Below, one piece after another: positions 63,090-64,000 of a stretch of DNA of 64,000 nucleotides (positions are counted from its first letter, which is position 1; every line of letters starts with the position of its first letter). Below the pieces are notes generated by a model. That model was given only the letters and a program-made list of their open reading frames with translations, was not told the origin of the DNA and ran no database searches. Where the stretch lies: the NCBI GenBank assembly GCA_965198005.1, contig CBDAOI010000002.1:192001-256000 (forward strand). The letters are read 5' to 3'. A program made the translations under genes and the position numbers. Origin of the DNA: Spirochaetia bacterium. GTDB taxonomy: Bacteria > Spirochaetota > Spirochaetia > SZUA-6 > Bin103.

Positions 63090-64000
63090 TCAAGGGCCGG
63101 GCTGCGACGCCGGCTGCAGGTCGAGCCGTGCGATCAGATGCTCCCAGGTCCACGGCTCGGCGGCCGCGGTGGCGCCGGACGCGAACACCAGATACGCAGC
63201 GCGTTCGTCCAGCAGCGCCGGGAGAAAGGCGAACTGGCGGGCAACCGCCGGGGGTTCCGGAAGCGGCGTGATGAGGTACCGCCGCGGCTTGAGATAGTCG
63301 TCGTACAGCGGTTCTCCCGGACCCGCCCGCAGTTCCCCGACCGCAGCCGCCAGCATCCCGCAGCCGACTTCGGGGGCGTAACCGCCGGCGTCCTCCACCA
63401 GCAGCGCGGCGCCCGCCGCGTCCAGCGCTGCGCGCAGCTCTTCCAGCACCCGCAGCCGTGCGGCCGGCGCCGGCGTATCCGGTGCGCCCGCCGCCAACCG
63501 GTCCGGCTCGGTGCCGCGTGCCGTCACCGGGAGGCCGCGCGCCGCAGCCAGCCGCCCGCCCGCCGCCAACTCGTCCAGCCGCTCCTCGGTCATCGCCGAC
63601 TGGGCCAGCCGGCGCAGTGACCGCCGGCGCGCCGCGGCCAGCCGCCCGGGCTGGTCATCGCCGTACAGTTCCTGCTTGATCCGGTAGACGCCGTCCTCCA
63701 GGATTACGCTCCGGCGCGCCTCGACCACGGCCGCCACGAACTCCTGGAGATCGAACACCGGGGCGGCCTCCCCGGGCGCGGGCAGCGGTAGGGCCGCGAG
63801 CGCAACTCGGGCGCGCGGTGACGGCGCGGGAGGTTGCGGCGGTGCGATGGCCCCGGTGGCCGCCGGAGGTCGCTGCGCGGCCGGCGCCAGCGCCGCGTCG
63901 ATCAGCCGTTCGATCGCGGTGCCGTCGAGCGTGACCGCCGGCGCGGCCACGCGCCGGGCCGTGACCTCCACCAGTTGCTGCCAACCGGCCTCGAAGCGCG
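63090..64000 (-). CDS. hypothetical protein, runs off window end
   Basis: Open frame with host-like codon bias; SVILEDGVYRIKQELY. Confidence 0.6.
   Translation of the reverse strand, partial: RFEAGWQQLVEVTARRVAAPAVTLDGTAIERLIDAALAPAAQRPPAATGAIAPPQPPAPSPRARVALAALPLPAPGEAAPVFDLQEFVAAVVEARRSVILEDGVYRIKQELYGDDQPGRLAAARRRSLRRLAQSAMTEERLDELAAGGRLAAARGLPVTARGTEPDRLAAGAPDTPAPAARLRVLEELRAALDAAGAALLVEDAGGYAPEVGCGMLAAAVGELRAGPGEPLYDDYLKPRRYLITPLPEPPAVARQFAFLPALLDERAAYLVFASGATAAAEPWTWEHLIARLDLQPASQPGP

Overview
High-GC bacterial chromosome segment, probably from a spirochaete. This is inferred from a SpiroCoCo-like coiled-coil gene, a GerMN protein, a spirochaete-type M23 peptidase and 'WAAGADEE'-type signal peptides. 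A core block at about 12.7-36.5 kb holds a plsC-like gene, M23 peptidase, tatD, purD, rlmB, an orphan DNA methylase and histidine kinase, dnaJ-dnaK-grpE, a Na/Ca exchanger, a TPR-OMP-exbB-exbD-tonB operon, der and GerMN. A second core block from 59.9 kb holds tlyA, ymdB and rny. Accessory region 1 (1-12.5 kb) has toxin-antitoxin genes, a duplicated TPR lipoprotein, a broken IS1634 containing a tandem chain of IS110 elements with readable bridge-RNA-like guides, IS1595 debris, and a TIR-TIR-unknown operon. Accessory region 2 (36.5-59.9 kb) has two complete dpp/opp-type SBP+permease operons and co-oriented permease fragments at three further places. It also holds a RIT element nested in a group II intron remnant, IS630, IS1634, an Rpn nuclease and AAA ATPases. 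The strongest leads are: (1) an IS110 chain in which donor-guide segments covary with each element's right end and target-guide segments match the neighbour's right end; (2) a conserved ~230-bp promoter and structured leader ending in a variable G/C homopolymer upstream of both SBP operons; (3) the TIR-TIR plus putative beta-clamp-like operon. All family calls are by eye from motifs; no searches were run. Isolated 1-bp frameshifts suggest some sequencing indels, so homopolymer lengths need read-level checking.
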